Shown piece after piece: positions 9,862 through 17,250 of a DNA stretch of 54,641 bases. The position numbers and the translations under genes are program-made. Origin of the DNA: a virus. Lineage: Duplodnaviria; Caudoviricetes. The DNA is taken from the IMG/VR virus record IMGVR_UViG_3300007276_000061, positions 1-54,641 of that record. One strand, given 5' to 3'. A model generated the notes under the pieces. That model searched no databases, was not told where the DNA came from, and saw only the letters and a program-made list of their open reading frames with translations. Positions within the stretch are counted from its first letter, which is position 1. Every line of letters starts with the position of its first letter.

Positions 9862-10029
9862 TTACTTAAATTCTACTAAAGAGTCAGCGACTTGATAAAG
9901 CTTATATTTCACTAGATTAAGATGCTTAATAAAATTAGTAGCATCTGTCTTAGTATCAAAGTAGGCAACAGTAGGACTATCCGATTCTACTCTCCACCGA
10001 GTGTTATCATTGGGATGTTGATCAGTCAT
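9862..10029 (-). CDS. Hypothetical protein (55 aa)
   Basis: RBS AGGAG + ATG; MTDQHPNDNTRWRV... Confidence 0.5.
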   Translation of the reverse strand: MTDQHPNDNTRWRVESDSPTVAYFDTKTDATNFIKHLNLVKYKLYQVADSLVEFK

Positions 10030-10045
10030 ATTGTTCTCCTTAATT

Positions 10046-10120
10046 TGGAGCAGGATACCGGGATCGAACCGGTGACCTAGACGTTGGCAACGTCTCGCTC
10101 TACCGCTGAGCTAAACCTGC
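10046..10120 (-). tRNA. tRNA-Gly(GCC)
   Basis: Canonical cloverleaf, loop TTGCCAA, CCA. Confidence 0.95.
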
Positions 10121-10384
10121 TTAATACTGTTTTAGAAGTTCTCTAACGTTATATTGAGTGTTATTAACAATTACGTTAGCATTAGTGATTAGTTCTCTAA
10201 CCGAATCTTTATTGTCAAGCTCAACGTTCTTTAGCTTCGTTAACCGTTGACGCATAGCTTCTACCCTAGAAAGAGCTTCTTCAATTTCGCCTTCGATATA
10301 AACTATATCTTGAGCAATGATCTTAGCAACAGTGCGTTGGTTTTCTTCACGTAGTTTACAAATTTCAGTAGCAATAATGGTCAT
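10121..10384 (-). CDS. Hypothetical coiled-coil protein
   Basis: Fills gap between tRNAs; RBS AAGGA. Confidence 0.6.
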   Translation of the reverse strand: MTIIATEICKLREENQRTVAKIIAQDIVYIEGEIEEALSRVEAMRQRLTKLKNVELDNKDSVRELITNANVIVNNTQYNVRELLKQY

Positions 10385-10403
10385 TAATGATCCTTAGTTA
10401 AAA

Positions 10404-10493
10404 TGGCGGTGAGTCGGGGAATTGAACCCCGTCAACCGTTTTACGGGTTGTACACATTAGCAGTGTGCTGCATTACCGGCCTGCCCACTCACC
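10404..10493 (-). tRNA. tRNA-Ser(GCT)
   Basis: Loop CTGCTAA, long variable arm, G73, CCA. Confidence 0.93.
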
Positions 10494-10598
10494 CAAATAA
10501 AATGTCTTTAATAGAAATACAAGATGCTAGAATAAGCACTAGAAACATTACGAAGAAAGGCCAGATTGGTGGTTGCCAGTTACGAGGAAAATTCATCG

Positions 10599-10796
10599 TT
10601 ATCCGGTTGCTTTCTTATTTTTGTTTACTAGATCAATAATCGCATAGACTAAGAACCACGGCCAGAATAGGCCTAGCGCGAGAATCCAAGGATTAGAACT
10701 AAATCCTCTACGATTATCGTCAAATATATTATATGTCAGTAAGGTAACACCGACAAAAGCCCAAATGGAACCTAGAATAATAGCAATAATAAACAT
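10599..10796 (-). CDS. Small membrane protein
   Basis: Two hydrophobic segments; RBS AAGGA. Confidence 0.6.
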   Translation of the reverse strand: MFIIAIILGSIWAFVGVTLLTYNIFDDNRRGFSSNPWILALGLFWPWFLVYAIIDLVNKNKKATG

Positions 10797-10810
10797 GATT
10801 TTCCTTGAAA

Positions 10811-10886
10811 TGGCGAACCCACTAGGAATCGAACCTAGGTATATCTGTTTAGAAGACAGATGCGTTATCCACTACGCTATGGGTCC
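10811..10886 (-). tRNA. tRNA-Arg(TCT)
   Basis: Loop CTTCTAA, CCA. Confidence 0.95.
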
Positions 10887-10896
10887 TGAAATTAGA

Positions 10897-10990
10897 CTCA
10901 ATAAGAGAGCGAGGGTTGCGCTAGTGGACTCGAACCACCCGCACCAGCTATCAGCCAGCACGCCTATCCAAGGCCCTCGTTCTTATTGAG
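10897..10990 (-). ncRNA. Long-stem RNA enclosing a tRNA T arm
   Basis: CTCAATAAGA..CGAGGG / CCCTCG..TCTTATTGAG closes a domain containing GTGGTTCGAGTCCAC. Confidence 0.55.
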
Positions 10991-11044
10991 CTACGAGACT
11001 GCGTAGGCTGGCCGCGTATCCAACCGTTAATCGCTAGTCAAGAG

Positions 11045-11120
11045 TGGCGTCCCGCACAGGGCTCGAACCTGTAACCTACTGATTCGTAATCAGTTGCTCC
11101 TCCAATTGAGCTTCCGGGAC
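11045..11120 (-). tRNA. tRNA-Arg(ACG)
   Basis: Loop TTACGAA, CCA. Confidence 0.93.
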
Positions 11121-11126
11121 ATTAGC

Positions 11127-11576
11127 TTAGTTTAGTGGCTTCTGCCTAGCGCAATGGTCGGAAGCGTGTGAAGCTGCCCATGCGTCCGGCTTTAGCATTG
11201 GTTGAATTCCAGTGTTACCCAGAACATATCCCATTGCTTCCTTCATAGCCACGTTTGACTTATGTTTAGGGCTAGGATTAATGTCCAGGTGGATTTCCAT
11301 ATGTCGGCCTTCCAGGAAATCAACGATTTCTAGTGCGGCATTCGTAGCGAACATAACTTCGTTCATCATACGAGTTTTGATGTTACGGAAATCAGGTAGA
11401 ACCTGAAGATCGTGATAGATTGAAGCACCATGCCGAGTAGCGTGGTGAAGGATTACTACAGTAGCATATCGTGCATACCATATTCCATTCTTCTTGAAGC
11501 AGACACTGTCGCAACCAACATAGACAGAACTGTCTTTGCTAGATTCGATGATCGCTTCGATCGCTTTCTCAAACAT
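11127..11576 (-). CDS. RNase H-like YkuK-family protein
   Basis: VYVGCDS...RMMNEV...EIHLDIN...KPDAWAAS..SDH. Confidence 0.8.
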   Translation of the reverse strand: MFEKAIEAIIESSKDSSVYVGCDSVCFKKNGIWYARYATVVILHHATRHGASIYHDLQVLPDFRNIKTRMMNEVMFATNAALEIVDFLEGRHMEIHLDINPSPKHKSNVAMKEAMGYVLGNTGIQPMLKPDAWAASHASDHCARQKPLN

Positions 11577-11600
11577 TGGGTTTCTCTTGGTTTATGAACT

Positions 11601-11678
11601 TGGGTGCAGGAGCAGTGCTCGCATCTGCCAGATTGCTTGGTTATGAGCCAAGTGACTAACTTTCTTGTCCTTCCTGCG
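11601..11678 (-). tRNA. tRNA-Met(CAT), initiator-like, aberrant T loop
   Basis: C1:A72 mismatch, loop CTCATAA, T arm GCAGATGCGAGCACTGC. Confidence 0.7.
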
Positions 11679-11689
11679 TCAAAATGTAG

Positions 11690-11803
11690 TTAGTACAAGC
11701 CGGTGAGGTATCCACAGGTTGTCTCGCCAGAGGCCTGTTGCCCATTCTCCGTTTAGGGTTAATTACTCCCTTCCTGCGTCCAGGCTTTCCTTACTTGTAC
11801 TAA
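11690..11803 (-). ncRNA. Unidentified structured RNA
   Basis: 10-bp closing stem TTAGTACAAG/CTTGTACTAA with internal hairpins. Confidence 0.45.
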
Positions 11804-11805
11804 TA

Positions 11806-11850
11806 TGGTGCGGATGAGCACTACTGCTGTTGCTACTTTTAAGCTCCGCA
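11806..11850 (-). ncRNA. CCA-ended minihelix
   Basis: TGCGGA...TCCGCA-CCA, 45 nt, loop contains AACAGCA. Confidence 0.4.
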
Positions 11851-11852
11851 TT

Positions 11853-11949
11853 TGCCGGAACTCCGCGTAAATGGTCCCTGATGCCTACGTTTTTACGCAA
11901 ACAGGGGTAATCTAAGATTGCGACGTCCAGCTGGCACGTACTTAGATTA
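11853..11949 (-). ncRNA. Unidentified hairpin + pseudoknot RNA
   Basis: TAATCTAAG/CTTAGATTA hairpin; CCCTG/CAGGG crossed with GCGTAAA/TTTACGC. Confidence 0.4.
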
Positions 11950-11952
11950 AAT

Positions 11953-12026
11953 TGGCAGGCGTGCAAGGTATCGAACCCTGTTCTGCGGGTTTGGAATCCG
12001 CTGCTTCACCTTAAAGCTTCACACCC
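11953..12026 (-). tRNA. tRNA-Trp(CCA)
   Basis: Loop TTCCAAA, G73, CCA. Confidence 0.9.
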
Positions 12027-12027
12027 A

Positions 12028-12098
12028 TGGCGTCCCCACCAGTAATCGAAACTGGCCACCCAGCTTCGAAGGCCGGAGTCGCATCCTCGCGTAGGGAC
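12028..12098 (-). tRNA. tRNA-Arg(TCG), reduced D arm
   Basis: Loop CTTCGAA, 71 nt, CCA. Confidence 0.8.
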
Positions 12099-12107
12099 TA
12101 AAATTCG

Positions 12108-12180
12108 TGTAGCAGTTTCACTAGCTATATCTGTCCCCAATGCCTGCTTTCGGCCACCGCAATGCAGAATGACTCCTACA
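12108..12180 (-). ncRNA. Possible structured RNA
   Basis: TGTAG/CTACA closing stem, GAAA-loop hairpin, no ORF on minus. Confidence 0.3.
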
Positions 12181-12190
12181 AAGCTGAATA

Positions 12191-12261
12191 TGGTGGAATT
12201 CCTGAGAGTTTAACTCAGCTTGACGCAGCGTTAGCCACGCACCTCACCCGAGGAGAATCCC
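12191..12261 (-). ncRNA. tRNA-Ala-like RNA with degenerate anticodon arm
   Basis: Acceptor GGGATTC/GAATTCC with G3:U70, A73, CCA; T loop TTAAACT; no canonical 7-nt anticodon loop. Confidence 0.55.
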
Positions 12262-12266
12262 GTAAT

Positions 12267-12339
12267 TGGTGGAGAATATGGGACTCGAACCCATCACTGT
12301 CTGCGTGCAAGGCAAACGCGCTTTCCCTGAGCATTCCCC
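12267..12339 (-). tRNA. tRNA-Ala(TGC)
   Basis: G3:U70, loop CTTGCAC, CCA. Confidence 0.9.
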
Positions 12340-12342
12340 GTA

Positions 12343-12528
12343 TTATTCTTCGTCCTCATCCTCATCATAGATAGCATACTGCTCACCTACAGGAAGGGGT
12401 CCGATATTATCTCGATACCATTCTTTCATACCTTGATAGATATCCCCATCCGCTGGTCCCATATAGGTTCCTGCGTCTTCATAGAAATATCTAAGAAACT
12501 TTAACTCGGCATGTTCAGCTTCAGTCAT
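12343..12528 (-). CDS. Hypothetical acidic protein
   Basis: Fills gap between tRNAs. Confidence 0.55.
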   Translation of the reverse strand: MTEAEHAELKFLRYFYEDAGTYMGPADGDIYQGMKEWYRDNIGPLPVGEQYAIYDEDEDEE

Positions 12529-12545
12529 TTTCTGCTTTCAAAGTT

Positions 12546-12622
12546 TGGAGTAATCGGTGAGAATCGAACTCACATAAAGGGGATTTGCAGTCCCCTGCCT
12601 AAGCCATTCGAGCCACGATTAC
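12546..12622 (-). tRNA. tRNA-Cys(GCA)
   Basis: Loop CTGCAAA, U73, CCA. Confidence 0.93.
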
Positions 12623-12623
12623 G

Positions 12624-12848
12624 TTATTCTTCTAGCGATTCAAAGCTAAGAACCTTGGAGGGTTTAAAGCTTCTCCAAGCATCTACTTCAATATCCCATA
12701 CAGTAATCTGATCTTCAACTGGTACAGATGATGAACCCTCAAATTCACCTAAAATATCAGGTGAAAGCGTACAAAACATAGTACGTTCGTCACCATTAGC
12801 TTTCAGAAAAACAACTTCACAGATACTAGTTTTCAGAGCATCATACAT
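12624..12848 (-). CDS. WYL_2/DUF2693-like SH3-barrel protein
   Basis: VVFLKANGDERTM.CTL...VWDIEVDAWRSF. Confidence 0.7.
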   Translation of the reverse strand: MYDALKTSICEVVFLKANGDERTMFCTLSPDILGEFEGSSSVPVEDQITVWDIEVDAWRSFKPSKVLSFESLEE

Positions 12849-12995
12849 AGTTACAAACTTTCAATAAGCCAAACAATTGCATCATCTTCTGTGATACCTT
12901 CAAAATCTGATGCACATTCACGCGCATCAATCAGATAACCTTCTTTAACCTTAGTTAGCTGAGCTACGAGCTTATCGTAAGCCGCTTCAATTGCT

Positions 12996-13226
12996 TCAGT
13001 CGGCGTAGTCACAGATGCCTCCCCAATCCCATTCCCACATCAAATAATTGATTGCAGAGATTTCAAGTTCAGTTGGCTCATGAGCTAGACTAGGACGTTC
13101 CCAATCATAACCATTTACAAGTTTGTAACCTTGATTAAGCAAATACATTTGAGCATTGATATCAGCATAACCATGTTCATCATAGTTAGACCAAAACTCA
13201 TGTAGTTCAGGAGGGCCACTTGGCAT
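12996..13226 (-). CDS. Hypothetical protein
   Basis: ORF track; co-oriented. Confidence 0.5.
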   Translation of the reverse strand: MPSGPPELHEFWSNYDEHGYADINAQMYLLNQGYKLVNGYDWERPSLAHEPTELEISAINYLMWEWDWGGICDYAD

Positions 13227-13255
13227 TTAGATTGCTTTCTTTTGGTTAATAAATA

Positions 13256-13329
13256 TGGTGCCCCGTGAAGGAATCGAACCCTCATCTCCTGATTACAAAA
13301 CAGACGCTAGACCTTCCAGCTAACGAGGC
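13256..13329 (-). tRNA. tRNA-Thr(TGT)
   Basis: Loop TTTGTAA, CCA. Confidence 0.88.
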
Positions 13330-13341
13330 ATAATTTCGGGT

Positions 13342-13433
13342 CGTGTAGATGTGATACTCAGCTGTGGATGGATAGTCCACGATATCTCACTAATCCCTTA
13401 GTAAGCCACTGATTGCTATCAGCACTCTACACG
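13342..13433 (-). ncRNA. Multibranched structured RNA
   Basis: CGTGTAGA/TCTACACG closing stem with three internal hairpins (CTGAT/ATCAG, ACTAA/TTAGT, GTGGA/TCCAC). Confidence 0.5.
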
Positions 13434-13447
13434 GTTTTCTTGAATTA

Positions 13448-13524
13448 TGGCGGCCTATAGGGAGATCGAATCCCTCATTTGACTGATCGACAATCAGTTC
13501 CCGTCACCAGCTGGGTCATAAGCC
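13448..13524 (-). tRNA. tRNA-Asp(GTC)
   Basis: Loop TTGTCGA, G73, CCA. Confidence 0.88.
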
Positions 13525-13573
13525 TTATTGAATAAGTAGTGTATCAAATCTAAGGACCGAAGTCAAGAACTTT

Positions 13574-13759
13574 TTAATGTCTTGGCCCTTTATGATTATT
13601 GTTCTTTAGTTCATGCAATGTGCCAACTATATAATTGGACTTTGCTACAGGAATCACGACAGGTTTAAAAACTGGTGATCCGCAATCTAGACAGGTTCTA
13701 TATCCGAGCTGCGCACGCTTCTCGTTATAGCTTTCATTACACTCTACACACTTTGCCAT
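13574..13759 (-). CDS. Small zinc-finger protein
   Basis: CVEC...CLDC; RBS GAGG. Confidence 0.6.
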   Translation of the reverse strand: MAKCVECNESYNEKRAQLGYRTCLDCGSPVFKPVVIPVAKSNYIVGTLHELKNNNHKGPRH

Positions 13760-13957
13760 CTCTTTCCTCTCACCGTTTAAACAGTATAGAAGAGTCAGGC
13801 TTCAAAGTCAAGAGATATTTCAGAATCTCGTGGTTCAAGATGCTCTGCGAAATACTTGTTTAGATGTTCGTCGAAACAATCAGAGCAACTGCCCCAATTA
13901 ACAACGTATTCATCCCAAGTGATTTTCTTTAAGCACTCACCACATTCTTGCAAATCA

Positions 13958-14209
13958 TTATCCAGCATATAGGTGTACCACAGGATGTGTCACGCCATGG
14001 ATACCTAGAAATACATGACCTCCTGAGTTAAGGATTTCTAATTCCTCTTTACTAGGCTGCCATGCAGAGGTCATAATGTTATGAGTAGCCTCTGGATCGC
14101 CCCATGCACTATCATTAATAGATAGCGCGTCACAAGGGCCTAAGGAATCGTCCCAATCTACGGGAGCTCCTGGCTTACGAGTTTCATTTAATAAAGTAAC
14201 TGGTTTCAT
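13958..14209 (-). CDS. Hypothetical protein
   Basis: Start moved to MKPV to avoid overlap with tRNA-Glu. Confidence 0.6.
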   Translation of the reverse strand: MKPVTLLNETRKPGAPVDWDDSLGPCDALSINDSAWGDPEATHNIMTSAWQPSKEELEILNSGGHVFLGIHGVTHPVVHLYAG

Positions 14210-14215
14210 AGTAGT

Positions 14216-14293
14216 TGGAAGGGCGAACGAGATTCGAACTCGCATTGTCCACATTGAAAGTGTGGTTTCCTAGGCCAATTAGAAGACCGCCCC
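14216..14293 (-). tRNA. tRNA-Glu(TTC)
   Basis: Loop CTTTCAA, CCA. Confidence 0.92.
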
Positions 14294-14299
14294 AAAACC

Positions 14300-14581
14300 T
14301 TAGTTGATTACCAACTCGTTATATTCTTCACGAGTGGTGAAATATTGAAGAACTGTATGCGCTGCACGATTCAGTTCACGATTATAACGAATATCCTCAC
14401 GAATAGACGATTGCATATCTTCGTGAATGAAAGTATTCAAGCTTTCTTTGGTATCTTCGATAGTCTTTACTAGCTCATTGATGATAATTTGACGATGCGC
14501 TTCATGCACATCTTCGTCATTAACTTCATCGTCAACCAGATGTTCAGATTGATTAGAAACTAGAATAATAGAAACGTTCAT
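14300..14581 (-). CDS. Hypothetical protein
   Basis: RBS GGAG; fills gap between tRNAs. Confidence 0.6.
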   Translation of the reverse strand: MNVSIILVSNQSEHLVDDEVNDEDVHEAHRQIIINELVKTIEDTKESLNTFIHEDMQSSIREDIRYNRELNRAAHTVLQYFTTREEYNELVIN

Positions 14582-14607
14582 TGGTATTCTCCATTTGATA
14601 AAATAAT

Positions 14608-14683
14608 TGGCTCCTGCACTAGGATTCGAACCCAGCTTCGTCGGTTAACGGCCGACTGCCCTCACCAAGATGGCTCTACAGGA
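14608..14683 (-). tRNA. tRNA-Asn(GTT)
   Basis: Loop CCGTTAA (C at position 33), G73, CCA. Confidence 0.88.
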
Positions 14684-14812
14684 ATAATTAAAGTTGTGAT
14701 GAAGAGAGACTCTACTCTCGCTCTCTTCTATCACGTTCTTCTCGAAAAGTATATCGGACTCTGAGAGATTAGCCAACGTTAGGAAGGGTTTAGTCTCAGA
14801 GTCCAATATGAC

Positions 14813-16300
14813 CTACCAGTCGTACCGCGGTACATTAACTGTTTGCAGCATGATTGCTTCAGGGCTAAACTTATCTAGGTCAGCTGCAAGAATCGCCTTC
14901 ATAGTTGATGGCGAGAAACCTGAAACCAGAGCAACACCCTTCTCATTGAAGCGAACAGGTTGACGGTCGCCCGTCGCGTTGAGGTTCCAGAACACAACCG
15001 CAGGCATTTGATACCCAGCAGCTTCATACTTCCGACGAATCATCTGCAAAGCAGTATCATCGTAGGCTACGCAACCGTTAAATTGCATATCCGAGAAGAT
15101 CAGAAGAATTTTGGGCATGTCTGCCTCAGCTACGTTACCCCGAAGAGCTGTAGTCAGAAGTAGATCGAATGCGGCGTGCAGGTTCGTACCGAAATCCCAA
15201 TGCAGTTTTGACATTGCATTAAGACGCTCAGAAAGAGAACCACTGATCTTTTCCAGCTTCGGAGAAGCAGAGAAAGTCATAACAAGGTCCTTGAAAGCTC
15301 CCTTGTTCTTACCTGAAGTATACAGTCCCAGAGAAACTGCAACGTCAAGTCCAGTTACAGAACCAGCAACAGGCGTACCCATTGAACCGGAAGTATCTAC
15401 AACTGGTAGAACTGAGGCACCATTCATATAGTCCGGCAGAGCTTCCCACATCGCATCAGCCACCGTAGTGTCCTTATTTGCGTAGTGGTTAATATCGCCG
15501 TAGTATGAAGAATAATAGCTTCTAGCACCATAGTTATTAGAAGCACGAGCACCGCCAAGCATACGAACTATGTCGTATGGGTAAACAGCCGAAGCGTTTA
15601 CCTTCGCAATCTTAGGATCGCCCTTTTTCAGAGCTTCCTTATAAGCTGCAAATGCTTCTGGAGCGCGCTTATGGAAGGCAGTCATGTAACGAGACATAGC
15701 TACCGAAGGAACGTGCGAGAAGTTGATTGACTCGAATTCACGAGCACACATCTTCGTTTCAACAACGTCAGTCAGCTTAACTAGAAGCTTACGATAACGC
15801 TTAGGCGTAAGCCCAAGGAAGTTACGCAGTTCTGCTGCAACCACACCCTTACGAGGCGACCACTTAGCTGCAAGACCGTTGCCTTCCGACAGCGCCTTAG
15901 CAACAATAGTATAAGCACGTTGCTTAACTTCGTAGTTAGTGAAGATGAACAGGTCGTCGAAACGACCAATTTCAGCAACATTATCTAGAATGTGTGAATC
16001 AACCAGAATATCTGGATTCGTTAGTTCAAGATGCTTCAGAATGTTGCGGAAGATTTGGCGTTCACCTTGCCCACTACGAACATCACGAGCATATTGTGCG
16101 ATACGAAGCGCTACATCGGGGTTTTCCCGGAAAGCTGCTTCAAACATCGGAACGACATTCTTACCACGTTGGAGCGAGCCAAAAAGGTCCACGTTAGCGT
16201 TAAGAGTCGACTTTAGAGTGCGCATACCATTGTCAGTACGCGCGTAAGCGCGTTGAGCTTGGTTAGCAGTTGCTTGAACTGCATCAGCGAAAGTATTCAT
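14813..16300 (-). CDS. DUF2828-type, TROVE/Ro60-like protein with C-terminal vWA domain
   Basis: RDVRSGQGERQIF, AAKWSPR, SHVPSVAM, VYPYDIV, MIDAS DTSGSM, GTNLHAAFDLLL, FSDMQF, VFWNL, LVSGFS; RBS AAGGA. Confidence 0.85.
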   Translation of the reverse strand: MNTFADAVQATANQAQRAYARTDNGMRTLKSTLNANVDLFGSLQRGKNVVPMFEAAFRENPDVALRIAQYARDVRSGQGERQIFRNILKHLELTNPDILVDSHILDNVAEIGRFDDLFIFTNYEVKQRAYTIVAKALSEGNGLAAKWSPRKGVVAAELRNFLGLTPKRYRKLLVKLTDVVETKMCAREFESINFSHVPSVAMSRYMTAFHKRAPEAFAAYKEALKKGDPKIAKVNASAVYPYDIVRMLGGARASNNYGARSYYSSYYGDINHYANKDTTVADAMWEALPDYMNGASVLPVVDTSGSMGTPVAGSVTGLDVAVSLGLYTSGKNKGAFKDLVMTFSASPKLEKISGSLSERLNAMSKLHWDFGTNLHAAFDLLLTTALRGNVAEADMPKILLIFSDMQFNGCVAYDDTALQMIRRKYEAAGYQMPAVVFWNLNATGDRQPVRFNEKGVALVSGFSPSTMKAILAADLDKFSPEAIMLQTVNVPRYDW

Positions 16301-16328
16301 TGTATTTCTTCCTTTTCTATGAAAATGT

Positions 16329-16390
16329 CAGATTCGTTTGAGTCGCTAGACATCCAAAGTTAAGCGGTTTTTGTTTGCTGAACCGAATCT
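16329..16390 (-). ncRNA. Array unit 1 (Y-RNA-like)
   Basis: AGATTCG-GT-TCAGCAA...CGAATCT-G. Confidence 0.7.
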
Positions 16391-16400
16391 ATAAATGTGT

Positions 16401-16486
16401 CAGAATGAATTGGTGAGCCTTTTAGCAACGTACTCAAGTTCTGGTAACGGGGCAACCCCGTCTGTTTGGTTTGCAGTCTTCATTCT
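16401..16486 (-). ncRNA. Array unit 2
   Basis: AGAATGAA-G-ACTGCAA...TTCATTCT-G; internal ACGGGG/CCCCGT hairpin. Confidence 0.7.
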
Positions 16487-16495
16487 TAATAATAA

Positions 16496-16667
16496 CGGGA
16501 TAATGGCTTTATCGCTGCCGCGACTTCCTAGCATTTTGTACTTTCGATCATGTCGAAAACCAGATGCTTAGCAAGCTTATCAAAACTGGGCGTTACAAGT
16601 CTCGAAAGACGTAACTCGTTTTAATGATCCGCCGAAGCGGAGCTATTGGTTTGCTGTTGCTTATCCC
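16496..16667 (-). ncRNA. Array unit 3
   Basis: GGGATAA-GCA-ACAGCAA...TTATCCC-G; several internal hairpins, two with TTCG loops. Confidence 0.7.
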
Positions 16668-16681
16668 TAAGTCTTAAAAGT

Positions 16682-16710
16682 AGTATAATTGACTTTACCA
16701 TGAAAGTCAA
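16682..16710 (-). promoter_or_regulatory. sigma70 promoter for units 1-3 and the DUF2828 gene
   Basis: TTGACT-17-TATACT; -35 lies in a TTGACTTT/AAAGTCAA inverted repeat. Confidence 0.8.
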
Positions 16711-16721
16711 GAGAAATTTAA

Positions 16722-16939
16722 CAGGTTCCCGTTTTTCGTGCTCTACCATTGAGCTAACCCTCCATGGTTGGATACATACTTTAAGAACCTTCACTTCTAT
16801 AGAAGCTACTCCGCGCCCGGTTTTAGCTGTAGCCAGCCCCAAAGCCCTTCTTCGTAATATGTATCCAATGGTGGAGGATATTGGAATCGAACCAATAACA
16901 ACGAGCTTCGTAGGCTAATTGAGTTGCGGTTGAGAACCT
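16722..16939 (-). ncRNA. Array unit 4, containing a circularly permuted tRNA
   Basis: AGGTTCTC-A-ACCGCAA...GGGAACCT-G; internal order T arm, acceptor 3' + CCA, insert, acceptor 5', D arm. Confidence 0.8.
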
Positions 16940-16949
16940 AAGAATTACA

Positions 16950-17040
16950 CAGGATACTATAAAACGGATTTGAACCGCACTGTTTGATTAAGAGTCAAAT
17001 GCTCTACCATTGAGCTATAATGGGTTGCTGTGAGTATCCT
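16950..17040 (-). ncRNA. Array unit 5, containing D/anticodon(CTT)/T arms
   Basis: AGGATACT-C-ACAGCAA...TAGCTCAATGGTAGAGC..TTTGA-CTCTTAA-TCAAA..GCGGTTCAAATCCG...AGTATCCT-G; no CCA. Confidence 0.8.
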
Positions 17041-17050
17041 AAATTATACA

Positions 17051-17105
17051 CAGAGTAGCATTTTGGTTTTCATTGGAAGTGAAAAGTTTTTGCTGTTACT
17101 ACTCT
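17051..17105 (-). ncRNA. Array unit 6
   Basis: AGAGTAGT-A-ACAGCAA...GCTACTCT-G. Confidence 0.7.
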
Positions 17106-17113
17106 AATTAGAA

Positions 17114-17169
17114 CAGGCTAGTGCTCTAGGAGCGTTCATATATGCCATGGTGGTATGCTGAACTAGCCT
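17114..17169 (-). ncRNA. Array unit 7
   Basis: AGGCTAGT-TCAGCA...ACTAGCCT-G. Confidence 0.7.
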
Positions 17170-17175
17170 TAAACT

Positions 17176-17246
17176 TGGAACTAGAGTAGGTAATCGAAAC
17201 CTATAGACCAGGGACACAACCCAGTCTCCGTCCTCCGGACTCTAGC
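17176..17246 (-). tRNA. tRNA-His(GTG), atypical
   Basis: Loop TTGTGTC, short D arm, extended anticodon stem, no encoded G-1, CCA. Confidence 0.75.
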
Positions 17247-17250
17247 AAAT

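Noticed and set aside
11763-11966. 67-aa minus-strand ORF
   Set aside because: Starts inside tRNA-Trp and overlaps several RNA structures
16621-16918. ORFs 16621-16842 (-) and 16646-16918 (+)
   Set aside because: They cross a promoter and tRNA-like structure; no RBS or recognisable motifs
16329-17169. CRISPR array interpretation of the repeated units
   Set aside because: No identical repeats, unit lengths vary four-fold, interiors are structured or tRNA-derived, and no cas genes are present
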